Origin: a virus
Lineage: Duplodnaviria > Heunggongvirae > Uroviricota > Caudoviricetes
Direction: 5' to 3' (one strand)
IMG/VR virus record: IMGVR_UViG_2648501110_000020
DNA length: 9,044 nt
Shown here: positions 1 through 7,070 of the stretch, piece after piece
Numbering within the stretch: the stretch's first letter is position 1
Layout of the letters: each line of letters opens with the position of its first letter
Position numbers and translations under genes: made by a program
The notes under the pieces: model-generated
What the model was told of the DNA's origin: nothing
The model's input: the letters and a program-made list of their open reading frames with translations, nothing else
The model's database searches: none

Positions 1-2
1 GT

Positions 3-89
3 TGGGTAGTCATGTGGGATGGCTGGTTCAGACTTCAGGATATGGTTGAGGGTTACCTGGTGATGAAGTCTCTTGATCAGGAGATCTGA
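3..89 (+). mobile_element. 3' end of an IS50-family (IS4 family) transposase gene, partial; the 5' part lies outside the window
   Basis: Frame 3 is open from the window edge to TGA at 87-89 and translates WVVMWDGWFRLQDMVEGYLVMKSLDQEI. This aligns with my recollection of the Tn5 transposase C-terminus (...WEGWEALQSKLDGFLAAKDLMAQGIKI) at roughly half the positions. The stop codon lies inside the terminal repeat, as in IS50. Confidence 0.55.
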
Positions 90-100
90 TCAAGAGACAG
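82..100 (-). mobile_element. 19-bp terminal inverted repeat of an IS50-type element (Tn5 inside-end sequence); element terminus at position 100
   Basis: The reverse complement of 82-100 is CTGTCTCTTGATCAGATCT, which matches 19/19 the Tn5 inside end as I remember it, including its two GATC Dam sites. It overlaps the stop codon of the upstream transposase-like frame. Confidence 0.65.
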
Positions 101-516
101 GTGTAGATCAGGGGGATGAGCAATTAACACCAGAAGAGCGAAAATCCCGAAAAGACGCTCTTGCGAATGCCTTCCCGGCTATTAACTTTGACAATGGACG
201 TTCCGATTCACCTGATTTTTGTGAATTATGGCCAATACATAGCGACCTGAACAAAACTCGCCTGAAAAATACTGTTCTGCCCTCTGGTTTACTGTTTGTA
301 GCACACAAATACGACCCAACAACGCCCTGGATTAATGCCCGTAAGATGGCAGAGAAATTTTCCAGCCCGTTACTAACAATAAATGGTGATGGGCATACAT
401 TAGCTCTCACCGGAGTTAATTTATGTGTAGATAAAGCAGTTGTACATTACCTGATCACTCCACAAAAAATAGAAAATATATACTGCCCAGGAAATTCTGA
501 AGCAGAAATACAATAA
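101..516 (+). pseudogene. 5'-truncated alpha/beta hydrolase gene (C-terminal catalytic region only); the ORF-track start at 73 is a TTG inside the IS end
   Basis: The translation contains ...LLFVAHKYDPTTPWINARKMAEKFSSPLLTINGDGHTLAL..., the arrangement of the catalytic Asp and His at the C-terminus of alpha/beta-hydrolase (TAP-like / S33-type) enzymes. There is no in-frame ATG near the 5' end, and the frame is closed by stops at 61-66. The coding sequence begins exactly at the IS terminus. Confidence 0.55.
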
Positions 517-536
517 TTTCAAAATATTCCGCTATT

Positions 537-572
537 TGCTCCCAATGCAAAACATATATTGCATTGGGAGCA
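537..572 (+). terminator. Hairpin downstream of the hydrolase fragment: 13-bp perfect inverted repeat with a 10-nt spacer, T-rich tract a few nt further on
   Basis: 537-549 tgctcccaatgca and 560-572 tgcattgggagca are exact reverse complements. The sequence tattcatatttttg follows. The T-run is not immediately adjacent, so the terminator call is tentative; it could instead be a protein-binding palindrome. Confidence 0.35.
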
Positions 573-699
573 TATTCATATTTTTGTTATTATTGTATGA
601 AATCGTCTCATGTACACGGTCCTTTTTTCGCCGAAAACTGATATTACTTTAATCAAAAGTTGACGTGCCAGATTCGAAGTAAATTTATAAAATATCAAA

Positions 700-1005
700 T
701 CAATATACATTTTGCACCTTCGAGATAGTAATGACTGTTACTGTAACATGAGTTACAAACAGCTTCATACCCAGAGCTACTGATGTATCAACTCGATTCA
801 ACAATACCCGATATTTATTCCATGCCTCCAGCAACGATCTTTCTTCCTCCGTTGCGATTTCCAGATCTACAGCATCCTGCAGTGGCGCAATATACTCACT
901 GAATTCCTGGATGTAGAACTGTGTGGTGACGGTCTTCCAGCCATTCAGCTCCTGCTGTATCGAAGCATACCAGGCTATTTCAATATCGCTATGCTGCGGC
1001 AGCAT
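700..1005 (-). CDS. Orphan protein with a tail-fiber-assembly (Tfa) C-terminal domain, 101 aa, lacking the Tfa N-terminal domain
   Basis: Residues ...[39 protein letters not shown] are near-identical to the C-terminal region of the tfa gene at 3517-3750 and of lambda Tfa. The start ATG (1005-1003) is preceded by an AAGGGG Shine-Dalgarno (complement of 1011-1016) with 5-nt spacing. The C-terminal tail ([26 protein letters not shown]) is unrelated to Tfa and is encoded by repetitive gttac/gtaac DNA. Confidence 0.55.
   Translation of the reverse strand: MLPQHSDIEIAWYASIQQELNGWKTVTTQFYIQEFSEYIAPLQDAVDLEIATEEERSLLEAWNKYRVLLNRVDTSVALGMKLFVTHVTVTVITISKVQNVY
782..902. repeat. Direct repeat copy A of tfa 3' coding sequence (partner 3553-3673)
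   Basis: Hand alignment of 782-902 against 3553-3673 gives about 105/121 identical positions with no gaps, including a 19-bp perfect block tttcttcctccgttgcgat. Both copies are in the same orientation. Confidence 0.8.
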
Positions 1006-1061
1006 TTAACCCCTTGTAATTCATCGCCATAATTGATTTAATTCACAAATAAAACTATAAC

Positions 1062-1730
1062 ATGGTGAAATTAATGAAAAAAAACACAGATGATGGGGCT
1101 AAAATTTACACACCACTTACCCTAAAGCTTTATGACTGGTGGGTTTTGGGAGTATCAAATCGGCTTGCATGGGGATGTCCTACAAAGGAACACCTTCTTC
1201 CACACTTTCTGGAACATTTAGGTAACAACCATCTGGATATTGGTGTTGGAACTGGGTTTTACCTTACTCACGTACCTGAGAGTAGTCTGATATCTTTAAT
1301 GGATTTGAACGAAGCTAGCCTGAACGCGGCATCTACAAGGGCTGGGGAATCAAAAATTAAACATAAAATTAACCATGATGTTTTTGAACCTTATCCCGCG
1401 GCGTTACATGGTCAATTTGATTCCATTTCCATGTTTTACCTTCTTCACTGCCTGCCTGGAAATATATCTACAAAAAGCTGTGTAATACGCAATGCGGCGC
1501 AGGCCTTAACTGACGATGGAACTCTATACGGAGCCACAATTCTTGGCGATGGAGTTGTGCACAATAGCTTCGGTCAAAAACTGATGCGCATTTACAATCA
1601 GAAAGGCATCTTTTCAAACACAAAAGATTCCGAAGAAGGCTTAACACATATACTCTCAGAGCATTTCGAGAATGTTAAAACCAAGGTTCAAGGTACTGTA
1701 GTAATGTTTTCCGCTTCAGGGAAAAAATAG
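1062..1730 (+). CDS. Class I SAM-dependent methyltransferase (Rossmann fold), probably small-molecule or protein rather than DNA methyltransferase; alternative start ATG 1074
   Basis: Motif I (hLDIGVGTGFY) and a post-II acidic/hydrophobic motif (FDSISMFYLLHCLPG) are present. No DPPY/NPPY or PCQ/ENV motif of DNA methyltransferases is seen. GGTGA precedes the ATG at 1074 by 6 nt, so the true start may be MKKNTDD. An intrinsic terminator follows. Confidence 0.7.
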   Translation: MVKLMKKNTDDGAKIYTPLTLKLYDWWVLGVSNRLAWGCPTKEHLLPHFLEHLGNNHLDIGVGTGFYLTHVPESSLISLMDLNEASLNAASTRAGESKIKHKINHDVFEPYPAALHGQFDSISMFYLLHCLPGNISTKSCVIRNAAQALTDDGTLYGATILGDGVVHNSFGQKLMRIYNQKGIFSNTKDSEEGLTHILSEHFENVKTKVQGTVVMFSASGKK

Positions 1731-1737
1731 CATCCAA

Positions 1738-1776
1738 CCGCAGCACGTTCTTGCATAAGGCGTGTCTGCGGTTTTT
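1738..1776 (+). terminator. Rho-independent terminator after the methyltransferase gene
   Basis: Stem ccgcagcacg (1738-1747) pairs with cgtgtctgcgg (1761-1771) with one bulge, followed by TTTTT (1772-1776). Confidence 0.55.
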
Positions 1777-2094
1777 CAACTATTCAGATACATCACTCCC
1801 ATCACATTCATTCCTCCGCATCATAGGCATATAGGCTATATCACCTTGATATTTTCTTCTTCAGATAAAAACTGTTATCTATGTATACTTTTAAACCCAA
1901 TCCGTGTAGAGTCTCTGCATAAGATAGTTTGCAGTTGCCACTTCAGCTTGCGCCATAAACCGCCTGATTTTTGCCGCCACCTGTTAGCATTCCTGTATAC
2001 CTGAAACGACAATGTTTATCTACGAACTTTAAGAACACCCAGGATAAAAATTGTCAACTATATCATATATAACACATTACTAATTCGAGGCTAT

Positions 2095-2208
2095 ATGAAC
2101 AGCATACTGATAATCACTTCGCTCCTTATCATATTCAGCATTTTTAGTCATGCTCTAATAAAATTAGGGATTGGCATATCCAATAACCCAGACAAAACCG
2201 ATGTATAA
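2095..2208 (+). CDS. Putative 37-aa hydrophobic peptide ([37 protein letters not shown]), not in the ORF track
   Basis: ATG at 2095 is preceded by GAGG (2086-2089) at 5-nt spacing. The translation has one predicted transmembrane helix followed by a short polar tail. Nothing is known to be homologous; the call rests only on RBS and hydropathy. Confidence 0.3.
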
Positions 2209-2277
2209 GTCAACATATCCTGAATCAGACATACAATATCGCAATGAAAATCAATAATATTTTAAGGAATATCTTCA

Positions 2278-2510
2278 TGAAATCAAAAGACACCCTAAAG
2301 TGGTTCCCTGCGCAGCTTCCTGAAGTAAGAATTATCCTAGGGGATGCTGTAGTGGAAGTAGCAAAACAGGGAAGACCTATCAATACCAGAACATTGCTTG
2401 ATTTCATTGAAGGAAACATAAAGAAAAAGTCATGGCTGGATAACAAAGAATTATTACAAACAGCGATATCAGTTCTTAAAGACAACAAAAATTTAAATGG
2501 TAAAATGTAA
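2278..2510 (+). CDS. Hypothetical 77-aa protein (ORF-track frame 2244-2510; start at 2278 preferred)
   Basis: AAGGAA (2264-2269) lies 8 nt upstream of the ATG at 2278. The translation (MKSKDTLKWFPAQLPEVRIILGDAVVEVAKQGRPINTRTLLDFIEG...) has protein-like composition, unlike the overlapping antisense ORF 2225-2653. I recognise no family. Confidence 0.4.
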
Positions 2511-2737
2511 TATAATAAACTTACTTTTTTATCATTTTTCCACTTTAACAACATTTTGCTCCACTTTTCCACGACCAAACAACTTGAAATCTGGTTAAAA
2601 TAACACGCAACACTATTCTTCTTCCTTGAGTCCGCCCGGAACTCGAAAAACAAACCGAGTTAAGGCCATTTTTCACAAAATCGATTTTGGGTCTCACCAA
2701 AATTACGGGGTTGCATACGCATTCGTTTATTTTCGAA

Positions 2738-2803
2738 CGTGTACATACAAATATGTACAAAAATAATCAAAATTATTTTCTGAGATGCATTATGATATGT
2801 ACA
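2738..2803 (+). promoter_or_regulatory. Cluster of TGTACA palindromic hexamers and ATATGTACA repeats upstream of the recombinase gene; candidate operator or recombinase-binding sites
   Basis: TGTACA occurs at 2740-2745, 2754-2759 and 2798-2803. ATATGTACA occurs twice (2751-2759 and 2795-2803). All lie within 90 bp of the recombinase start at 2829. No convincing sigma70 -35/-10 pair was identified by eye. Confidence 0.3.
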
Positions 2804-2828
2804 CCAATTTCGTATAGAAGATCTCACT

Positions 2829-3419
2829 ATGTCTCGAATTTATGCTTACTGTCGGGTATCAACTCTGGAACAGACAACCAAAAATCAACGTCGGGAAATC
2901 GAAAGTGCAGGTTTTAACATCAAATCTCAGCAAATAATTGAAGAACACATTAGCGGCTCAGCAGCAACCAGTGAGCGTCCTGGTTTTAACCAGTTGCTTG
3001 ATCGACTGAAAAGAGGTGATGCATTGATTGTCACAAAACTGGATCGCCTCGGTTGTAATCCAATGGATATCAGTAAAACGGTGGAACAACTGACCAAAGC
3101 AGGTATCAAAGTGCATTGCTTAGCATTGGGGGGCGTTGACCTGACCAGTCCACCTGGAAAAATGATGATGCAAGTAATTTCAGCAGTCGCTGAATTTGAG
3201 CGAGACCTTTTACTTGAGCGTACTCATTCAGGGATATTAAGAGCACGGGGCGCAGGAAAGCGATTTGGTCGCCCACCTGTGTTAAATGATGAACAAATAC
3301 AGAGGGTACTAGAGCAAATTAAGTCAGGTATAAATATAAGTGACATTGCCCAAGAATTCAAAACCTCGCGGCAAACCATTTTAAGAGCTAAAGCAAAAAA
3401 TCAGACACCTGATATATAA
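2829..3419 (+). CDS. Small serine recombinase of the resolvase/invertase family (196 aa), in the pin position convergent on tfa
   Basis: The N-terminal catalytic motif YCRVST (serine nucleophile) is present, with [30 protein letters not shown] and GRPPVL blocks in the order seen in Tn3 resolvase and Gin/Pin/Hin, plus a C-terminal helix-turn-helix region ([18 protein letters not shown]). It is clearly diverged from PinR/PinE/Gin (not MLIGYVRVSTNDQ...). Confidence 0.85.
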   Translation: MSRIYAYCRVSTLEQTTKNQRREIESAGFNIKSQQIIEEHISGSAATSERPGFNQLLDRLKRGDALIVTKLDRLGCNPMDISKTVEQLTKAGIKVHCLALGGVDLTSPPGKMMMQVISAVAEFERDLLLERTHSGILRARGAGKRFGRPPVLNDEQIQRVLEQIKSGINISDIAQEFKTSRQTILRAKAKNQTPDI

Positions 3420-3516
3420 AAATAATCTCGGTGTGAGATTCCTTACGTTTTCCAAGCCCCCCTTCCTAGCCTTAAATGGAAAGATACTTCTAATTATAGA
3501 ATTTATATATCTTACC

Positions 3517-4091
3517 CTACGGTAGGGCTGGCCATTCAATATCCGGTGCAGTTGATGTATCAACACGGTTCAGCAACACCCGATACTTTTTCCAGGCTTC
3601 CAGCAACAAGGTTTCTTCCTCCGTTGCGATCTCCAGATCCACAGCATCCTGAAGCGGCGCAATATGCTCACTGGCTACCTGCATCAGGCTGTTTTTTGTT
3701 TCTTCCGCCTCCCGGATCCGGAACAGTTTTTCTGCTTCCGTATCCTTCACCCAGGCTGTGCCGTTCCACTTCTGATATCCCCTCCCGGCGATAACCAGGT
3801 AACATTTTCCGGTAACGGACCGAGTTCAGAAATAAATAACGCGTCGCCGGAAGCCACGTCATAAACCGTTTTACCCCGATGATCTTCAACGAGATGCCAC
3901 GATGCCTCATCACTGTTGAAAACAGCCACGAAGCCTGCCGGAATATCTGGCGGTGCAATATCGATACTGTTTGCTGGCAGACCTGTATGAGGCGGAATAT
4001 ATGCGTCACCTTCACCAATAAATTCATTAGTTCCTGCCAGCAGATTATAAATTTTTATGGTCCGTGGTTGTTCACTCATTCTGAATGCCAT
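3517..4091 (-). pseudogene. tfa: tfa (tail fiber assembly protein) interrupted by a frameshift near 3771-3785; ORF-track pieces 3747-4091 and 3517-3750
   Basis: The upstream piece ([41 protein letters not shown]...TWLSPGG) matches the lambda Tfa N-terminus. The downstream piece, in a different frame, continues ...[26 protein letters not shown]...[17 protein letters not shown]...[13 protein letters not shown]. The frame change occurs at GGGGATATCAG (minus-strand sense) just after a G4 run. The start ATG overlaps the stf stop as TAATG. Confidence 0.8.
3553..3673. repeat. Direct repeat copy B of tfa 3' coding sequence (partner 782-902)
   Basis: See copy A. Confidence 0.8.
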
Positions 4092-7006
4092 TATGCAAGC
4101 CTCACAATGTAGTTAAATGCGATGTTTTTGACAGTGTTTTCCGCGTTACCAGCAGCGTTAACGGTGATGGTGTGTCCATGTGAGCCAATCGCAACAGAGT
4201 GCGTATGAGCACCAATACCGACAGTATGTGCGTGAGCACCTGCAGATGCAGCTGTGCCGCTGACACTATGAGTGTGCGCTCCTGCAGCACTTGTATTCAC
4301 ACTGGCCGCAGACACTACCTTATGTACTGACCCATTTTGTGACCACTGGCTGACTGCTGATGCGCCTGTGACACTATGAGTATGGTTTCCGGCACTTGCG
4401 GCTGTACCGCTCACACTGTGCGTATGCGCCCCGGTGTTATTCGTGGATTTAGTGCCGTAATCAAACGACGATGTGGTTTTCGTCCCCAAATCCGTACTGG
4501 ATGCACTGGCGCTGTGGGTGTGCGATTTAATGCCGTCCTGTTCCTGAGACAATACGGCCCGACCACTGGCAGGTTTGCCCTTAATCGTCCAGCCACGCAT
4601 ATCAGGGATCACGCCTGACGGATAAGCGGTTGCAAGTTTCGGGTAAGCGGATTTGTCAAAAGTCTGCCCCTGCATCAGGGCATAACCAGACGGAACGGTA
4701 TCTGATGGCCACGGGATTGGTGCGCCAGGCGGATAAAACTGCTCTGATGGTGTATAGAGTGAATAAACTGTACCGTCCGTTAACCCTTCCGGCTTATTAG
4801 CAGAATATGCTGGTGACGTATGAATAGTCACGCTGGCATTACTGGTATAATCCCATTGAATATTTACACCAGTCGCATAATTTCCGATTGCAACGTAAAT
4901 ATCGTAAGTATCACCAGATGTATTGACCCAGGCAAAATTTGTAAACCCTGTCGATGTGCGCTGCCATAAAGCACCAGTAATCCCCTTCGGATTACCATTA
5001 CCTGCACGCAAAACAAGTTCAGATATACCTGCCTGTTGAGGTGACCCCACGTTAAATCCCGCGCCACCAATCAACGTAATTGAAACAACAGAACTCGCCT
5101 GTGGCATGGTTACCGTTGCTAATTTGAACCAACCAGCACCACCGCTGAATGACATTGTTGTTGAGTTAAGCGTACCAATATCTTTCGGCGTCAGTGTTAT
5201 ATCCGCTGAAAGCGCCTTACCATTCACCTTACGGGCAGAAGGTACCCGACCATTCGCATTATCATTAGCTGCTTTCACTGCTTTCGGTGTCGCGGCAAGC
5301 GTTTCAGATGCGCTGTTGGTTGCACTACTGAGCTGGACAATTCCTTTTTGTGCTGTCGTAGCGTCCTGAGCAGTATATTTCCCGTTAGCAAGGTCATAGG
5401 CTGCCTTTACCGACTTTGGCGTTGCCGCCAGCATTTCAGATGTGCTGTTGGTCGCGCTGCTGAGCTGAACTATCCCTTTCTGTGCTGTCGTTGCATCCTG
5501 TGCGGTGTATTTCCCGTTAGCCAGCTCATACGCGGCCTTAACGGCTTTTGGCGTTGCCGCCAGTGACTCGGAAGTGCTGTTAGTCGCACTGCTGAGCTGT
5601 ACTATCCCCTTTTTCGTCGTGCTCGCATCCTCAAGCGCCACGGCGGATGCAATATCCTCTGCCCGTTTTGCCGCTGTCTCGGCGCGCGTTGCCGCGGATT
5701 CCGCCGTACTTTTGCTCTGAGCTGCCGCCGTCGCACTGCCAGCTGCCTCTGTCGCCTTCGTGGATGCCGTCGTGGCGCTGCCCTTTGCTGCTGACGCCTG
5801 TCTGGTCGCCTCATCTTTTGAAGCAGACGCAGATGATGCCGATGACGCCGCCGAACTGGCGGACGATGCGGCAGCCGTTTTTGAGGATTCTGCGCTGGTT
5901 TCCGACGCTTTCGCGTTCGTCTCGGATGTCTTCGCTGCGGAAGCAGACCTCGCTGCTGCGCTGGCCTGTTCAGTGGCTTCGCCAGCCTTCGTTGTGGCTG
6001 TTGAAGCGGACGATGCGGCGCTTTCTGCCGATTTTCCGGCAGCGGTGGCACTGGCTGAGGCCTGCCCGGCACTTGTTGACGCGGCACTGGCAGACGACGC
6101 AGCCGCTGTTTTTGAGCCTGCCGCAGCTGAGGCGCTCTGTCCCGCTGCCGTCTCAGAAGACCTGGCGTTCGTCTCGGACGTTTTTGCCGCCTTCGCGGAA
6201 TTTGCTGCCGCCGTTGCCGAGGAAGCTGCGCTACTGGCGCTCGAGGATGCGTTCGTTTCTGATGATTTTGCCGCCTCTTTTGAAGCCGACGCATCCCGGG
6301 CTGAGGTGGCAGCTTCTGACGCTTTCGTGGTCGCGGTGGATGCAGAAGTGGCGGCTGATTGTTGTGACGCTGCAGCATTCGTTTCTGACGTTTTCGCGGC
6401 AGCGGCACTGGTAGCTGCCGCGCTTTTTGAGGACTCTGCAGCGGCAGCACTTTTTTCCGCTTCAGTGGCCTTTGTTGATGCCGTTCCTGCGCTGGAAGAC
6501 GCTGACTGAGCCGACGAAGCGGCCTGTCCGGCTGACGTGCTGGCTGCACGTGCTGAATCTGCAGCATCAGTCGCATGGGTTGCCGCCTCACGGGCAGATG
6601 TGCCGGCATCACTGGCTGACTTCTTCGCGGCTGCCGTGTTCTGTGCCACCACGGACGCGTTACGCGCCACCTCTTCCACCATCTGTTCAAAACGGCGCAG
6701 TGCCTCCGGACGGGCATCATCCTCCGTCATGGCACCGAGAAAATCATTCAGCGTACCGGGTTGAGAATCTTCATACACGGTGATGGTCCCGGCATGTGAC
6801 GGCGGGAAGCCCTCCACCAACAGAATAACGCTGTACTGCCCGTACTCAACGTCCATGCTGTAACGCCCGGCTTCATCCGGATTTTCTGAGGCCAGCGTGT
6901 TCACCACCACCGTGGTGCTGTTACGTTTTGCTTTCAGCTGGATTGTGCAGTTCTGTACCGGTTTTCCTGTGCCGTCTTTCAGTACACCTGAAATCTTTAC
7001 TGCCAT
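4091..7006 (-). CDS. stf: Side tail fiber protein Stf, 971 aa; the ORF-track start at 7012 is an upstream GTG
   Basis: The N-terminus [26 protein letters not shown]... is as in lambda Stf. GGGGTG precedes the ATG at 7006-7004. There is a long Ala/Ser/Thr-rich low-complexity region, three tandem ~44-aa phage-fiber repeats ([24 protein letters not shown]), and a C-terminal tip rich in HxH motifs (HTHS x4, HAH, HGH). Confidence 0.9.
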   Translation of the reverse strand: MAVKISGVLKDGTGKPVQNCTIQLKAKRNSTTVVVNTLASENPDEAGRYSMDVEYGQYSVILLVEGFPPSHAGTITVYEDSQPGTLNDFLGAMTEDDARPEALRRFEQMVEEVARNASVVAQNTAAAKKSASDAGTSAREAATHATDAADSARAASTSAGQAASSAQSASSSAGTASTKATEAEKSAAAAESSKSAAATSAAAAKTSETNAAASQQSAATSASTATTKASEAATSARDASASKEAAKSSETNASSSASSAASSATAAANSAKAAKTSETNARSSETAAGQSASAAAGSKTAAASSASAASTSAGQASASATAAGKSAESAASSASTATTKAGEATEQASAAARSASAAKTSETNAKASETSAESSKTAAASSASSAASSASSASASKDEATRQASAAKGSATTASTKATEAAGSATAAAQSKSTAESAATRAETAAKRAEDIASAVALEDASTTKKGIVQLSSATNSTSESLAATPKAVKAAYELANGKYTAQDATTAQKGIVQLSSATNSTSEMLAATPKSVKAAYDLANGKYTAQDATTAQKGIVQLSSATNSASETLAATPKAVKAANDNANGRVPSARKVNGKALSADITLTPKDIGTLNSTTMSFSGGAGWFKLATVTMPQASSVVSITLIGGAGFNVGSPQQAGISELVLRAGNGNPKGITGALWQRTSTGFTNFAWVNTSGDTYDIYVAIGNYATGVNIQWDYTSNASVTIHTSPAYSANKPEGLTDGTVYSLYTPSEQFYPPGAPIPWPSDTVPSGYALMQGQTFDKSAYPKLATAYPSGVIPDMRGWTIKGKPASGRAVLSQEQDGIKSHTHSASASSTDLGTKTTSSFDYGTKSTNNTGAHTHSVSGTAASAGNHTHSVTGASAVSQWSQNGSVHKVVSAASVNTSAAGAHTHSVSGTAASAGAHAHTVGIGAHTHSVAIGSHGHTITVNAAGNAENTVKNIAFNYIVRLA

Positions 7007-7015
7007 ATTCACCCC

Positions 7016-7044
7016 ACAAAAAAGCCCGCCTGAACCGGCGGGCT
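7016..7044 (-). terminator. Rho-independent terminator downstream of lom, immediately upstream of the stf start
   Basis: On the minus strand, stem agcccgcc (complement of 7037-7044) pairs with ggcgggct (complement of 7023-7030) around a 6-nt loop, followed by a run of six T (complement of 7017-7022). Confidence 0.6.
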
Positions 7045-7070
7045 GTCATAACACTGTGTTACCTGGCTAA

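Noticed and set aside
73-516. Treating the hydrolase ORF as an intact 147-aa gene starting at TTG 73
   Set aside because: The TTG and the first nine codons lie inside the IS terminal repeat, and the protein lacks the N-terminal nucleophile region of the alpha/beta-hydrolase fold, so it is better explained as a 5'-truncated remnant.
1762-2004. 80-aa plus-strand ORF in the methyltransferase-downstream intergenic region
   Set aside because: It starts inside or just after the terminator T-run, has no RBS, and its translation (His/Cys/Leu-rich) is not protein-like. Treated as non-coding.
2640-2670. Possible gix/hix-like crossover site around caaaccgagtt
   Set aside because: Only the AAACCGAG half resembles gixL. 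The symmetric GGTTT half-site and flanking TTATC/GATAA arms are absent, and no inverted or direct partner was found. Likely a chance match.
2225-2760. Minus-strand ORFs 2225-2653 and 2545-2760, and plus-strand ORF 2687-2917
   Set aside because: They are antisense to or overlapping the better-supported 77-aa ORF and the recombinase start. The translations are low-complexity (F/L/K/I-rich) as expected from AT-rich DNA, with no RBS.
3381-4112. Overlapping ORFs 3381-3566, 3546-3794, 3664-3864, 3668-4027 and 3879-4112
   Set aside because: These are alternative-frame or antisense readings of the recombinase 3' end and the tfa gene. The tfa frames are supported by clear homology to lambda Tfa, and these are not.
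5602-6720. 372-aa minus-strand ORF, extremely Arg/Pro/Gln-rich, plus plus-strand ORFs 5647-6414, 5760-6509 and 5106-5720 pieces
   Set aside because: All lie inside the stf coding region in other frames or on the opposite strand. Their composition (poly-R/P/Q or poly-A/D) is the expected artefact of translating GC-rich, Ala/Ser/Thr-repeat DNA out of frame. None has an RBS or recognisable domain.
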